In this document: positions 1 through 10,622 of the stretch, piece after piece | Layout: each line of letters begins with the position of its first letter | How positions within the stretch are numbered: the first letter of the stretch is position 1 | Origin: Trypanosoma brucei | Lineage: Eukaryota | DNA: 64,000 bases | Direction: 5' to 3' | Assembly: GCA_000002445.1 (NCBI GenBank) | Contig: CP000067.1 | Span: 768,001 to 832,000, forward strand | Translations under genes and position numbers: made by a program | The notes under the pieces: model-generated | The model's input: only the letters and a program-made list of their open reading frames with translations | What the model was told of the DNA's origin: nothing | The model's database searches: none

Positions 1-16
1 CGCACACACACACTCG

Positions 17-52
17 CGGTTTCCTTTTCTTCTTTCCATGTCTGTTGTACTA
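17..52 (+). promoter_or_regulatory. polypyrimidine tract followed by AG: candidate SL trans-splice acceptor for the first gene
   Basis: tttccttttcttctttcc followed by ...actaag/caaaac, 80-120 nt upstream of the first ATG (136). Confidence 0.4.
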
Positions 53-135
53 AGCAAAACGGGAGGGTTCGGGTGACGCTGGCAGTGACTGAAAAATCAT
101 CAGTTGGTGCTTCCCGCCCCGCATGGCCGGTGGTC

Positions 136-2892
136 ATGACTGAAAGTGACATGTATCGGGGGAGCTGCTCCGTGTTACTCCAGGCAGTGTTGACACAAGC
201 ATGTCGAATCATCCTGGCTTTGTGCGCCACCGCAAAGGGAAAGGGCACAGTAAGCGAAAGAATCACAGCAACGGTGGCTGCATATATCTCAACGGTAGAA
301 GCCTCTTCCGTCGTCGAGGGTGCCAGCAAGTACGCGATGTTGACCGCAGTTCACATGATCCACTGCGAACACCACCCATATCGAGCGTGCCAACATCAGC
401 ATGGGGAGCTGGGCGCAGCTGTTGGAGTCGTCTTGAAGGAAGCGGGGCTTCGGTTGCACATTCTTACGGCACTTACACAACTTATCATGAAGCGGTGCGG
501 CAGCAGCGAGGGCTCCGTTGGGGTCTTACTGAGTCGTGCAGCGTCTCTCGAGAGCGTGCGACACGAGGCAGCTTCAACGATGCCCAACGCAGAAGAGAAC
601 GTTTCAACAGAGCTATTGTTGCAAGTGTTTCCTGAACTCGGGGTGGCCCCGTCAAAAGCTGAGAGTGGCGCCGTCGTTATTATTCATGCCGTACACTGTG
701 GTTGCCCCCATCAGTGGTTTAGTCTGATGCTACCAACCTTTTTGCTTGCTGCCACTATGGAGGAACATGTGCGGGTGTGGCGGCGCACGACGCTCTTGCT
801 AAAGGCCTTCAGGCGGCTCCAGCAGCGGCGTGGAATGCGCCTGCTGCGTGCGATTGTTGAGGAGGTCAATGCGCCATCGTCTGTTGCGCCGCCAATGGAG
901 CGATTACAAGCGCTACCGGACACTATAACATGTGGGGCTGGTCAGGAAGGTTACATAGAAACAAGTATTGTTGGAGTAAGTACGGTCATGTTGGAGGATG
1001 AAGAAGTAGGAAAGAAAGATGAGTCGCGGGATGGCATCCATACCGGGGAGAATAGGTCGGATCCTCCGGAGAGTGCCGTGACCAACAGTAGCATTGTTGG
1101 CACTTGTATCATCCGTGGCGATAGCGATAAGCCTACAGTATCAGGGGGTGTACCGGATCCTGTGCGGCATTTGTCGAGCTCAACAAGGGAACCCGACTCA
1201 GTGTCATCGGCAGGCCATATCCGTGATAAGCTTGTGAATGATTTTGTGAAAAAACGAAACACGCTAGCCGCCGAGCATTTGAAACGTTTTTGTCTCTCTC
1301 ATTGGCGCTATGCACGAATGCACGAACGGTGTGCTATCAAGCAACAGCTTCGTAAGCTGGCTGAGCGCACTACCCAGGAGTGTTGGACGCACTGGAAGAG
1401 CCGGTGGCAGTGTCACCGTGAGATGAGGCGGAAACAAGACATGGAAAAGCAATGTGACAGTTTTGTCACGGAAAAGCTCCTCAAATTGCAGAAACATGTC
1501 TTTTCGTTTTGGAGGGCGTTGTTCCTTCTCAGGCAATTTCAAATTTGTAGGCTGGGACGGCGATGTTTTGTTAGGTGGCGTTGCGCCTACACTTTTATCA
1601 TTCATTCCCGGGGTGACAAATTACCACTCATGTTACGGCAGGACATGGGCAGCCGATGTTTTCTTCAATGGCGCGACGCCTACCGTCAGCGCGTAGCGGA
1701 CCGTATGTGTGCACGACGATACTTCAGCCTCATGCGTGAGCGGCTGGAGCGGTGGTCTATTTGGAGGGAACAGGAGCAGGTTGCAGTGATGCGCGAGAGG
1801 ACGGCTGTTCAGCGTCGGTGTCTCAGCAACTGGTATAGGGCCTGGAGGGTCCAGAGTTTGTGTACGCGGTTTATTTCTAGTGCGTGTAAACGGCTGAAGT
1901 GCAGAGTGATGACGGTTTGGCGTGTCCGATGGTTGCGGCGAGAAGACACGGCGGAGCGCCTTCGTACGCTTTATGCGTGGTGGAATAGGCGAATCGCCGC
2001 CCACTCCTTCCATTGGTGGTGCAAACGCGTCCGTCTTCAACGCTCAGGTCGTCGTCTATCTGATGTGCGTGAGCGCCGTTTCTACCGCTTTGCTTGGGCG
2101 CGGTGGAGCAGTCGGGTTCTCTCTCATCAGCGGTTAACTCAAAAACACGAATTAAACGCTTCACGTAGGCGGCAGTGGGGGTTGCTGCGTGCGACGTGGT
2201 GCACTTGGCACAGGCGCTATGCGAAGCGAGTGCAGCAACGCCATGCGAGAAATCAGGAGGAAACCCTAAAATACGCGGCGGCCATGCGGGAGCAGAGCCT
2301 CGTGGCGTCGGCCTACTTCACTTGGAAAAGGAAGGCCCACATGATCCGGCGCCGGCTTCCCGGAAAACCACCGGCAGCGGTCGGTGCTGGTGGTGGCACG
2401 AGTATCCCACTGGGACTGAACCGGAGTTTCACGAATAGAGATGTGTCGCTTTTAACCAACGACGAGAGCTGTGATGGTGAGAAAACAGGGGAAGATTGTA
2501 GTTACGCAAATATTCATCGAGTTCCGACATACAAAACTTCCCACACAGGTGTATTCAATGTCTCCAAAAGATGCCTTGATCACAGGGAGCCACCAGAAGC
2601 ATTGCGTGCAGAACGGCTACTGATTCGCAGTTTAGATTCACCACGGTGGCAGGCCATTGCCCACTCACGCCTCTTCAACATCGGTGGAAACATCACACGC
2701 AGCAACACGAAGGTGGACAAGTCAACAGTTTGCACTCAGGCTGACTACCGGCAGTTCCAACACCAAAAGCGTTATTATGAACAGGCGCGGTGGAACAGGA
2801 ACGACGAGTTGCTAGACGTAACTCCTACAATGCCATCCGATATCGAAAACGATGCATGTCCGTCAGTGGAGGACAGTCAGCTGCCAGATTGA
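136..2892 (+). CDS. Sfi1-like repeat protein, hypothetical: array of about 13 tryptophan-containing repeats of roughly 30 aa (centrin-binding-type repeat)
   Basis: The reading frame is open from window position 1, and the ORF-track start at 73 is a GTG. The first in-frame ATG is at 136, preceded by the polypyrimidine tract 17-38 and an AG. The central part carries a repeated F/W-x-W-R/K pattern at about 30-aa spacing: HWRYAR, THWKSRW, SFWRAL, VRWRCA, LQWRDAY, ERWSIWR, SNWYRAWR, TVWRVRW, YAWWNRR, HWWCKRV, FAWARW, ATWCTWHRRY, FTWKRKA. Confidence 0.6.
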   Translation: MTESDMYRGSCSVLLQAVLTQACRIILALCATAKGKGTVSERITATVAAYISTVEASSVVEGASKYAMLTAVHMIHCEHHPYRACQHQHGELGAAVGVVLKEAGLRLHILTALTQLIMKRCGSSEGSVGVLLSRAASLESVRHEAASTMPNAEENVSTELLLQVFPELGVAPSKAESGAVVIIHAVHCGCPHQWFSLMLPTFLLAATMEEHVRVWRRTTLLLKAFRRLQQRRGMRLLRAIVEEVNAPSSVAPPMERLQALPDTITCGAGQEGYIETSIVGVSTVMLEDEEVGKKDESRDGIHTGENRSDPPESAVTNSSIVGTCIIRGDSDKPTVSGGVPDPVRHLSSSTREPDSVSSAGHIRDKLVNDFVKKRNTLAAEHLKRFCLSHWRYARMHERCAIKQQLRKLAERTTQECWTHWKSRWQCHREMRRKQDMEKQCDSFVTEKLLKLQKHVFSFWRALFLLRQFQICRLGRRCFVRWRCAYTFIIHSRGDKLPLMLRQDMGSRCFLQWRDAYRQRVADRMCARRYFSLMRERLERWSIWREQEQVAVMRERTAVQRRCLSNWYRAWRVQSLCTRFISSACKRLKCRVMTVWRVRWLRREDTAERLRTLYAWWNRRIAAHSFHWWCKRVRLQRSGRRLSDVRERRFYRFAWARWSSRVLSHQRLTQKHELNASRRRQWGLLRATWCTWHRRYAKRVQQRHARNQEETLKYAAAMREQSLVASAYFTWKRKAHMIRRRLPGKPPAAVGAGGGTSIPLGLNRSFTNRDVSLLTNDESCDGEKTGEDCSYANIHRVPTYKTSHTGVFNVSKRCLDHREPPEALRAERLLIRSLDSPRWQAIAHSRLFNIGGNITRSNTKVDKSTVCTQADYRQFQHQKRYYEQARWNRNDELLDVTPTMPSDIENDACPSVEDSQLPD

Positions 2893-3651
2893 GAGAAAGG
2901 AAGAAGGCTAAGATCCACATATCGAGATGTGAGTACGGTTCCGACACCAGGAACTCACTGCAAGCAACAACGAGGAAGAATGTGGTTTGGCGGGGCGAGT
3001 GCTGCGGTGGTCACCGTTAGATAAGACTATGAGAAACACAACGCACCAACTCACTTCCTCCACAGGGAGTGTACCGGGGAGGGGACGGCGTGCCCTTCTC
3101 TCTCACATACACAACCATTCCTCCATGAAGCTCTTTACCTCGACGCCACCCAAGCGTTGCCTTTGACGGCAAGGGCGTGTAACTGTATTTCTTATCTGCA
3201 CTCTCCTTCTTCATGTGATTCTACCCGGTTGAGCGGTGGTATGGTTCTTTTGTCTCACTTTCTTTGATAATGTGGAGCACGTGTTTCTTTTCCAATATGC
3301 TTTCTTTACTCTTAACACACCTTCCGTGGCATCCTTTGCATTTCGCCGCTCGCATGACAAACGTTGAGCAGTGCTTGTGGTGCTGTTCATCCGACGGAAG
3401 TAAGTACAAGTGTAATAACAAAACTTTAGGAAAGGAGCGGGGGCAAGGGGACCAAGTCAACACGAGGCCGTAAACGAGTCGCTCTTTTTTTTTTTGTATT
3501 GACTACTGGCTGACGTTGGTCAATAGCCGCATCTGCTCGCGTGCACACCAGAACAGCTGGTTAATCACCCACGACCGTAAGTGAGAGTTGGCTTTGTCGC
3601 CGTTTCACTATCGGCCACACTTTCCTTTGTTCTCTGGGCACGTAGAACATC

Positions 3652-5406
3652 ATGAGGCGTTGTGTTAGAGCAGCCACCACGCCGCCGGCAGCCCCGTGGA
3701 GAGCCGGCTCTTCATTCATACCTATCTGGCGTTTCTCGGCCTTCTACTCATCGTCGAAGTTCATTGGGCGAAGATCAAGTGGCTCGAAGAAACTTGGTGC
3801 TTTTCCGCGCATGCCGCACGCCGTAAAGAAGTCGTCCACAGACGTCCCTAGGGCAGCGGAGTCGCCAGTGGACACCACTGCAGTGCAAACAAGCGTCATA
3901 GAAGAAGACAAGGAAGAGGAACAGCCACATATGTGTAATAACAAACGCACAAAGAGCAAGAGGTCAAGTCAGCCCTGCACTGAAGCAAAGCAGTGTAGCA
4001 ATAGCAGGGAAGGGAAGCAAGCAGTAGCGGTGACGGGTACCAAGTCGTGTAACCCCAGTGAGGGCTCAACCGCCCAATGTCTCCCATGTGTTACCGACGA
4101 CAAAAACACTCAAAAGAAGGAGCGGGAGGGGGAAAACGTTTGCCTCGTCGACCGAGCCGTCGTTTTGAAGCTCTTTGTGGTGTCAGATGCCTTGGCCTTC
4201 ATGTTTGCCACATCTCCGAAGGACCAGCGTTGCGTCAACTGGCATTTGAAGAAAGTTGACCAGTCGGTCATTATGCAGCCGCCGACTCAGGCACCACGTT
4301 CGCAACACAAGGGTCAGGAAGGTATCACTGACAACGACTCAAATAGTAAGGACAAAAAGGACGCGAGAAGAGAGAGCCGGAGTCGACGGAGGGAGCAGCG
4401 GAATGCTGTAACGAGGGAGTATAATATCGCCCTTCGCGTCTTGTCCGAGGAAAGCGCGGACAACGTTCACTACATTCACGTACGGGAAATGGAGCGCCTC
4501 GTACCGCCGGCTGACGTGCTGCCTAGGAATGCAATGTCAACGGTATTGGCTTCAAAGAAAGGTAATGAAAACTCCAAACGTCGTCAGTCCAGTGAAAAGC
4601 GAAATAGCAAGGTTCAAAAAGGCAGAGGCACATCGCCTGCAGAACCTTCCGCGGCGGCGCTGGAGGCTCTCGGGCGCGTTATGGCGTTGAGACAGTGGCA
4701 GACTGCAGCTCTGCGAAAAGCACAGGAATCACAGAGGTTGCATGCATTACCACCGGCATGCCACGCTATCACGCACGTTTACATGAACGACCCATCGTTG
4801 CCGGACACAACGGTGGTGCAAGGATGCAATATTAAAAAGTCGGTCACGGATATTCTTGACTTGATGAAGCAGAGTACTGTCAGTGGCAACCTCCTTGGTT
4901 TTGTAAATCTCCACAAGGGCAGGAAATCATCATCATCGGGAAACAAGGGAACCACGCCCTCGGCCACTCTCTCCATGCCCTTCGAGCTGAAACCGTTGTT
5001 GAGCGTGGTAGCGAGTTGTATACCCCGTAGTGATGCCGCGCTAGGTGTCCGGTTCGACGAAGATGGCTTCCTTAGGTCCGTGCTCCAGCGGCATTCGCGC
5101 AAGTCAGGAAGCAATGAGCCCACTACAGCGGTGGCACAGGTAGTAAGTGAGGAAGAGCGCCAGACAGCCACAGATCGGGAGTTATCGGCCCGCCGGGTTC
5201 CACCGGTCCCCCGTTACACCACTCGCGTGGTTCTTCTTATTGACTACGACAGTTCGGAGTCATGGGATTTACACTCAGATGGGGTGTCTAGTGAAACAAA
5301 GGCGAAAAGCGCGAAGGGTGACAGTGGCGAGGAGGTCGTGAATAGGCGGCGGCGGCGAAAGGAACCTCATATTTACTGTCTTATTGCAGATGGAGGAGAA
5401 GTGTGA
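3652..5406 (+). CDS. hypothetical protein (584 aa), Ser/Lys/Arg-rich and low complexity
   Basis: ATG at 3652 opens a long plus-strand ORF in the same orientation as its neighbours, with a T-rich tract and poly-T (3481-3495) upstream. I recognised no domain. Confidence 0.5.
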   Translation: MRRCVRAATTPPAAPWRAGSSFIPIWRFSAFYSSSKFIGRRSSGSKKLGAFPRMPHAVKKSSTDVPRAAESPVDTTAVQTSVIEEDKEEEQPHMCNNKRTKSKRSSQPCTEAKQCSNSREGKQAVAVTGTKSCNPSEGSTAQCLPCVTDDKNTQKKEREGENVCLVDRAVVLKLFVVSDALAFMFATSPKDQRCVNWHLKKVDQSVIMQPPTQAPRSQHKGQEGITDNDSNSKDKKDARRESRSRRREQRNAVTREYNIALRVLSEESADNVHYIHVREMERLVPPADVLPRNAMSTVLASKKGNENSKRRQSSEKRNSKVQKGRGTSPAEPSAAALEALGRVMALRQWQTAALRKAQESQRLHALPPACHAITHVYMNDPSLPDTTVVQGCNIKKSVTDILDLMKQSTVSGNLLGFVNLHKGRKSSSSGNKGTTPSATLSMPFELKPLLSVVASCIPRSDAALGVRFDEDGFLRSVLQRHSRKSGSNEPTTAVAQVVSEEERQTATDRELSARRVPPVPRYTTRVVLLIDYDSSESWDLHSDGVSSETKAKSAKGDSGEEVVNRRRRRKEPHIYCLIADGGEV

Positions 5407-6384
5407 GGCAGCCAATAAAGTCGGGTCGACCTGCGGGCTGAAGCAACGAGACGTAGACGAAAATAATGGAATAAATAAGTATATTTATTTACTTTGTCAG
5501 GGTCGGGTATTAACCGCATAGCCAATGCAGTGCTATGTAACGCAACTAGATGGTATGGATGAGACAAAGGGATGGCAAAGGGTGTTTAACTCAGCGTGGA
5601 TCTTTTCTGCGTGTTTGAAGTAGTGGTAACGGGAGCAGGAAAGTGTGGGATCAACAGGAGAGGAATAATGAAAATGAAGAGGTCTACCACCCCAACACGT
5701 TTGAGTGCTAATGTCTTCCCACTCCACGGCAGATGGAACGTGTTTTACAGGATGCTCTTTGTCATTCCGCAATAGCGTTCGATTCAGCACATCCCTTGTC
5801 ACACTTATCCGATACCCAAGGCATAGAAAAGTGTGCGGCTTCGAAATGTGGATGAAGATTGGATTGGGCAGTCTGCACTGCAGTTTGTATCGAAAGTAGG
5901 GAAAGTGCCACAATGTGCCAGAGGCAGCAGTACGACGGGGGAGGGAAGCAGGGAAAATGAAGGGACTCGTGTTTACTGGAGGAATGTTTCTTGTTACCAC
6001 AAGCCGTACAAGTGGCTGAGAGGTGGGAACCAGCATCTTATTCGGCTCATTTTCAGCCGTATCGATATTTTTCCGCTGGTGATTGCTCCGTGTCGGTTTT
6101 TTACTTTCACGCATCGGAATCCCATACAAATTGCCGGGTTATGCTTCCCAATTCCCAGCCCCCCTCCCCCCAAGGACGTGCAACGTGGGCACCTCCGTGC
6201 TATGGGTCCCTTCTTTACATTTCATCACCCCCTTTTTTGTTCATTTTCACCGTGTATGTGATAACTAATATATAAATGGGAAGGTGTCACGCTGCTGGTG
6301 GCAACAGTGGCGTCCTTTATTCCAATTTTGCTGTGGGAATGTATAAGGGGCGCAAAAAAAAAAAGGTTCTGTGAGTGTGCGTAG

Positions 6385-6422
6385 ATGTACATATGTACAT
6401 GTGTATATATGTATATATGTAT
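6385..6422. repeat. TA/TG-rich imperfect microsatellite
   Basis: gtacatatgtacatgtgtatatatgtatatatgtat, intergenic. Confidence 0.8.
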
Positions 6423-6788
6423 AAACGTGCGAATCACAAGGCCTCACGCGGTGCACGGAGCGCGCAACCCAGCGCAGGGTGCTCACGGGGATGATAAGGG
6501 TTGAAATTTTTCGCACAGCTGGTTACAGGATGCGTGTGTTGATTCTTTTATGTACTGTCATTTCCAGCATCGTCCCCGTCAATTTGCAAGTACTAACTTT
6601 CCTACAGCATTCCGTACTTGCAATGGCCGGTGTTTTCTTTCACCATACCACTTCCCCCTATTTTCCTATTACCTTTCGCTACGCTTTCTTCCCCTTTTGC
6701 GTGGTACTGTGCGTAATTAAGGAAGGTCATTAGTTGGTCGAAGGTGTCCGCTGGCACTATTGTTGCTAAATCTGCTGGTGAATCTGCA

Positions 6789-9689
6789 ATGACTTGTACG
6801 CCGCCCGCACAGGATGTTAATGACGGAAAGCTGTTTGCACATTCCCCATCGTTCCCCACTGTGTCGTTCGCGGCGGAAGATGCGAGCGAAGACCTTTCTG
6901 CCTCGTTACACCGCCGTCAGCCCCGTGTGAGCATTTTCCCTGCTGAAAGAAGTGGCTCAATCACGAGTGACAGCGAGCAAGGGGGCACTGGTGTACCGCT
7001 TCCAACGGATGGAAGGTCGCCTTTGTCTTCCGTTAGGCGCAGGCACGACACGGCGGGTTCCCCACAGAATTTCCAGGGCAACGAGGCGCAGCAACCGGGT
7101 CGAAACCCCGGACAGCAGCTGGCCTCGCGGCATAGGGAAGGCAGTGGCGGCAGTCATAAGGGCCAACAGTCGGCTGCAAATTCGTCGCCAAGTAGGCGTC
7201 AACACTCTTCACCAACAAACCGCGACGACTCAACGGCCCACCGTAAGCAGTCGATGGGGCAGGGTGGCGGGTCCCCTTCAGCTGCAAAGAAGGGAGGTGC
7301 GGAACGCCGGCGGTCAACAGAGCTGCAGCCCAGGGGTGCAAACTCGGCATTATCCCCCACCAGGAGATCCAGCGCCAGCAAAGGCGGATCGCAGTCGAAA
7401 GGGAGCGCCAAACAAGATGCTGCACATGGAAAACAGACGAAACCGAAGACAAAGTCATCCTCACGTGACTCGTCACGAAGCAAACAGCGACAGTCGCTGG
7501 CGATCAAGGCGGCGTCTGCTAAAGACCTGTCAAGAACCGACTCCGAAGCACAACCCGCTTCAGGTCGACGCCTCAGCACCGTCAGCTTGGCGAGCAGGGG
7601 TTCACCACGTGGTAAACGTGGAAAGAAGGCAGCCGCGGTGTTGGTGAAGAATGAGGAGACGGCACGCAAAGAGATCGAAGTGGCACAAGAAGAAGCCTTT
7701 GACGAAATTATGATGAGCATATTTATTCACTCTTTCCAACCTCAGAGAAACCTTATCAAGAAACTTGAGTACGAGATGCAGAAACAGAAGCAAGAGCTTA
7801 CCGGCAAGTTGGCGCAAGCAAAGAATTCAGCGATGCAGATGCTTGAACAAGTAGCTCTTCTAGTTGATACCGTGCAGAAGAACGGTGTCGAGGCCATGAA
7901 AGAGAGCCAAATACTCGAAGCAGAGGTTCCATTCATTCATCAAGAGTTAGCACCCAAGGGAAGGAGGCTGTCGTGCGTAAATGCTGTACCGACAGCGGAA
8001 AATGAAGATGAGAGACGAATAAGGCGCAAAGATCAGGAAGAGGGAAGTGAAAGCGAACGGATAAAGGCCTTTTTTTCTGCGGATCTCTATTCTTCGTGTA
8101 GTATTGGCACGTTTAAAGACATGCGAACAGATGATATTGTAAGTTCAGTTGACAAAATGTGTGGTGAGGCGGCGTCTCTTTCGAATGTCTTTAGCGATTT
8201 GCTCAACCGCACGCAGCGCATGATCAACCAATCTAGGCAAATAATCAAGGCACAGCAGGCCGCCCTCGACGAGTGTGTGACACATGTAGAACTTGCAGAC
8301 GAGACATTGCGTGATGCAACAGAGCGGGAAAAGGAGAACATTGACTACGCGTTTCAGATTGGTCGCCAGTTCAGTATGGAGTTGCGGCATAGGATCGACA
8401 GGATCGAATATGAGATGTTCGAGGGCTTGGATGAAGTCATTAGGCGTAGCACAGAGGTGTGTTGCGATGCAATCGCCTCCACCGACCAGATGCAACGTCA
8501 AGTAGATAAAGACATCGTAGCTGAACAATTCATGACCCGTATGGAATTAGCTGCTGCGGAGAAGGCCAAGTTGCTTCGTGATGTGCGCTCAAAACTTGCG
8601 TACCTGTGGAGAAGGCGGCTGAATGTGGGAAGTGAGGAACGGGCGACGTTAACGTACACAGGACTACCGCAAGAGTACCAGAAATCGCTTGAATTGTGTG
8701 ATTATGATATGCTGTGTCGCCTTATTCACTTTGTATCGCTAAACAATGACGAGGCGCGTGAGCTGTTTATGGGCGCACTTGATGAACATGAGAGTTTCCT
8801 TAAGGGTAATTCCGTGGAGGCCGAAATCGCCTCGCAGAGGGTAACGTTGGAGACGGCGGTGAGGTCACTGCTCAGGAAACTGGAGGACGAGGGCAATATA
8901 AAGGTAAATCCCACTCGGGTGCCACAAACATACGAGGAGAAGGTTAAGGACTTGGTGGACCACTACAACATTTACATGTCAAAGGTGGAAAAACAGAGGC
9001 GCCGAATACTGCGCAGGATGGCGGCGGAGGATGCCCTCTCATGTCTTCCTTACTTCGATAGGAGGAGACCTGTCCCCGAGGAGTACGCGGCTGACCTTGA
9101 CAGCCGTCCCGGCTTTGTGAAGCCACCCGCCATATGCAACAGCTTGTCAATCCCAAAAGAGGAAGAGGCAGCGCAAAAGGTGAATGTGTCAGAGATTTCC
9201 AGACCACCGTCCTTCAGGATTAAGAGAACCGACGTCGGCTCCTTTCGTGGGCCAACAGGTCCTCCTCTCTGTGCACGACCCCCACACGATGTCGAAGTAG
9301 CAGAGATCAAAGAGTATTTGCGCCGCAGCCACCCCTCGGCCGATAAGCTGCCGGGTCCCGCAACTGTGGTTGGGTACGGCCGATGGGGAGGACAAGTGGC
9401 ACAGAGGCCGCAATCCGGCCTACCGAGAAACAGCGTGACTTTCTCCGACGCTACGGAAACACGAGGGCCAATAGGGCCACTGAAAGATGTGCAGCAGCCA
9501 CACCGCAAGCCGCCGCCGCCTATGGTTCCGCCACGGAGGGCACTGCTCACTCATGTGCTGGAGCATCACACTCACAACCCAAAGGCTCCATTGCGCGCAC
9601 CCAATGAGTACTGCACTGGCGTGTGGGGTGAAGACAAACCATTCGTCGCAAAGCAAGTCGAGCTCCTCCAAAAGGACATTCGACTGTAG
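6789..9689 (+). CDS. hypothetical protein (about 966 aa) with an N-terminal Ser/Arg/Gln-rich region and a central coiled-coil-like region
   Basis: The ORF-track start at 6744 is a GTG; the first ATG is at 6789, downstream of polypyrimidine tract 6640-6715. It is a long uninterrupted ORF with heptad-like charged segments (EIEVAQEEAFDEI..., KLEYEMQKQKQELTGKLAQAKNSAMQMLEQ). Confidence 0.6.
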   Translation: MTCTPPAQDVNDGKLFAHSPSFPTVSFAAEDASEDLSASLHRRQPRVSIFPAERSGSITSDSEQGGTGVPLPTDGRSPLSSVRRRHDTAGSPQNFQGNEAQQPGRNPGQQLASRHREGSGGSHKGQQSAANSSPSRRQHSSPTNRDDSTAHRKQSMGQGGGSPSAAKKGGAERRRSTELQPRGANSALSPTRRSSASKGGSQSKGSAKQDAAHGKQTKPKTKSSSRDSSRSKQRQSLAIKAASAKDLSRTDSEAQPASGRRLSTVSLASRGSPRGKRGKKAAAVLVKNEETARKEIEVAQEEAFDEIMMSIFIHSFQPQRNLIKKLEYEMQKQKQELTGKLAQAKNSAMQMLEQVALLVDTVQKNGVEAMKESQILEAEVPFIHQELAPKGRRLSCVNAVPTAENEDERRIRRKDQEEGSESERIKAFFSADLYSSCSIGTFKDMRTDDIVSSVDKMCGEAASLSNVFSDLLNRTQRMINQSRQIIKAQQAALDECVTHVELADETLRDATEREKENIDYAFQIGRQFSMELRHRIDRIEYEMFEGLDEVIRRSTEVCCDAIASTDQMQRQVDKDIVAEQFMTRMELAAAEKAKLLRDVRSKLAYLWRRRLNVGSEERATLTYTGLPQEYQKSLELCDYDMLCRLIHFVSLNNDEARELFMGALDEHESFLKGNSVEAEIASQRVTLETAVRSLLRKLEDEGNIKVNPTRVPQTYEEKVKDLVDHYNIYMSKVEKQRRRILRRMAAEDALSCLPYFDRRRPVPEEYAADLDSRPGFVKPPAICNSLSIPKEEEAAQKVNVSEISRPPSFRIKRTDVGSFRGPTGPPLCARPPHDVEVAEIKEYLRRSHPSADKLPGPATVVGYGRWGGQVAQRPQSGLPRNSVTFSDATETRGPIGPLKDVQQPHRKPPPPMVPPRRALLTHVLEHHTHNPKAPLRAPNEYCTGVWGEDKPFVAKQVELLQKDIRL

Positions 9690-10622
9690 GCTTGGCGGCA
9701 CCTACATTTATTTTTCTCTCCTATTTACATTATTCAACGATGGTGAGAAATTGGGCCGTGGCGGTCGGGTAGTGGGCTTTCCTGTGGAGAGTGTTGTTTT
9801 GAATGTAATATATGTTTATAAACCCCGGAAGCCTTTCCGAGGGGGGAGAAAGTATGGGAAAAAGGGGGAGGAAGAGGGAGATGATGGGAACCTGTATTCT
9901 CGATCCTTGTTCCTGCGTCGGTTAATCTGTACGGTTATCTCTGCAGCGTGTATTTTTTTTTCTTTTTCTTAGCTCGCCATCCCCTCCATTCTCTCCGAGA
10001 GCAACGTAAGGAAGCCGAGGAAGACAACAAAGGGAGGAGGGGAGATGTGGTGCTTAGGACGGTTATGTCGGGTATTACAAAAAAAATAATTGTCTGTACT
10101 TGTATAATTGCGTCTTTACAAAGTCGTAGTATGGGTGCATGGAGGGAAGAACAGAAACAAACACTCACCTTCTTGGGGTCAACGTTGCTGGAAAAGCGTT
10201 ATTTGCACCCCTTTTGCATATGATGAGAACTTGTACATCCATATTTATGTGTTAGCATGTGTATATCTTACGTGTATGTGTGTTTGTGTGTGTGGCACTT
10301 CAACTGTACCAAGTGTTTCTTGTGAAGGTTAATAACCGGCTCGGAGTAAGAAGTGCGGCATCGCCAACTTATGTCGCTCCGATTCCGATCATAGCGCCAT
10401 GCTTCTTTTGTGGTGAATAGTTTCAACAGTGTCAGTTCTCTCCTCTTTCTTCGCAATGTTTGGTACACTTTTCTTTTCTCCCTCCCTCTTCTTTGCCGCA
10501 GACGGCCGCAACTGGGTGGCAATCACGGGGTGTTAAGCCCAAAAGCCGCGCTGAAGTGGCTTTTGTGTGGTATACTGCGCACATTAGTGCAAGTTTGTTC
10601 GGGCCTCTTTTCTGCAGATACA

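Noticed and set aside
73-135. ORF-track start coordinates using GTG/TTG (here 73; also 6744, 10410, 13077, 19997, 27603, 35246, 37015, 46313, 47431, 56249)
   Set aside because: Kinetoplastid nuclear genes initiate at ATG. These upstream extensions mostly run through the polypyrimidine/AG splice-acceptor tracts, so I moved each start to the first downstream in-frame ATG.
9487-9972. 161-aa plus ORF overlapping the end of gene 6789..9689 in another frame
   Set aside because: It is out-of-frame overlap with a long convincing gene, and its C-terminal half is encoded by poly-T and low-complexity intergenic DNA.
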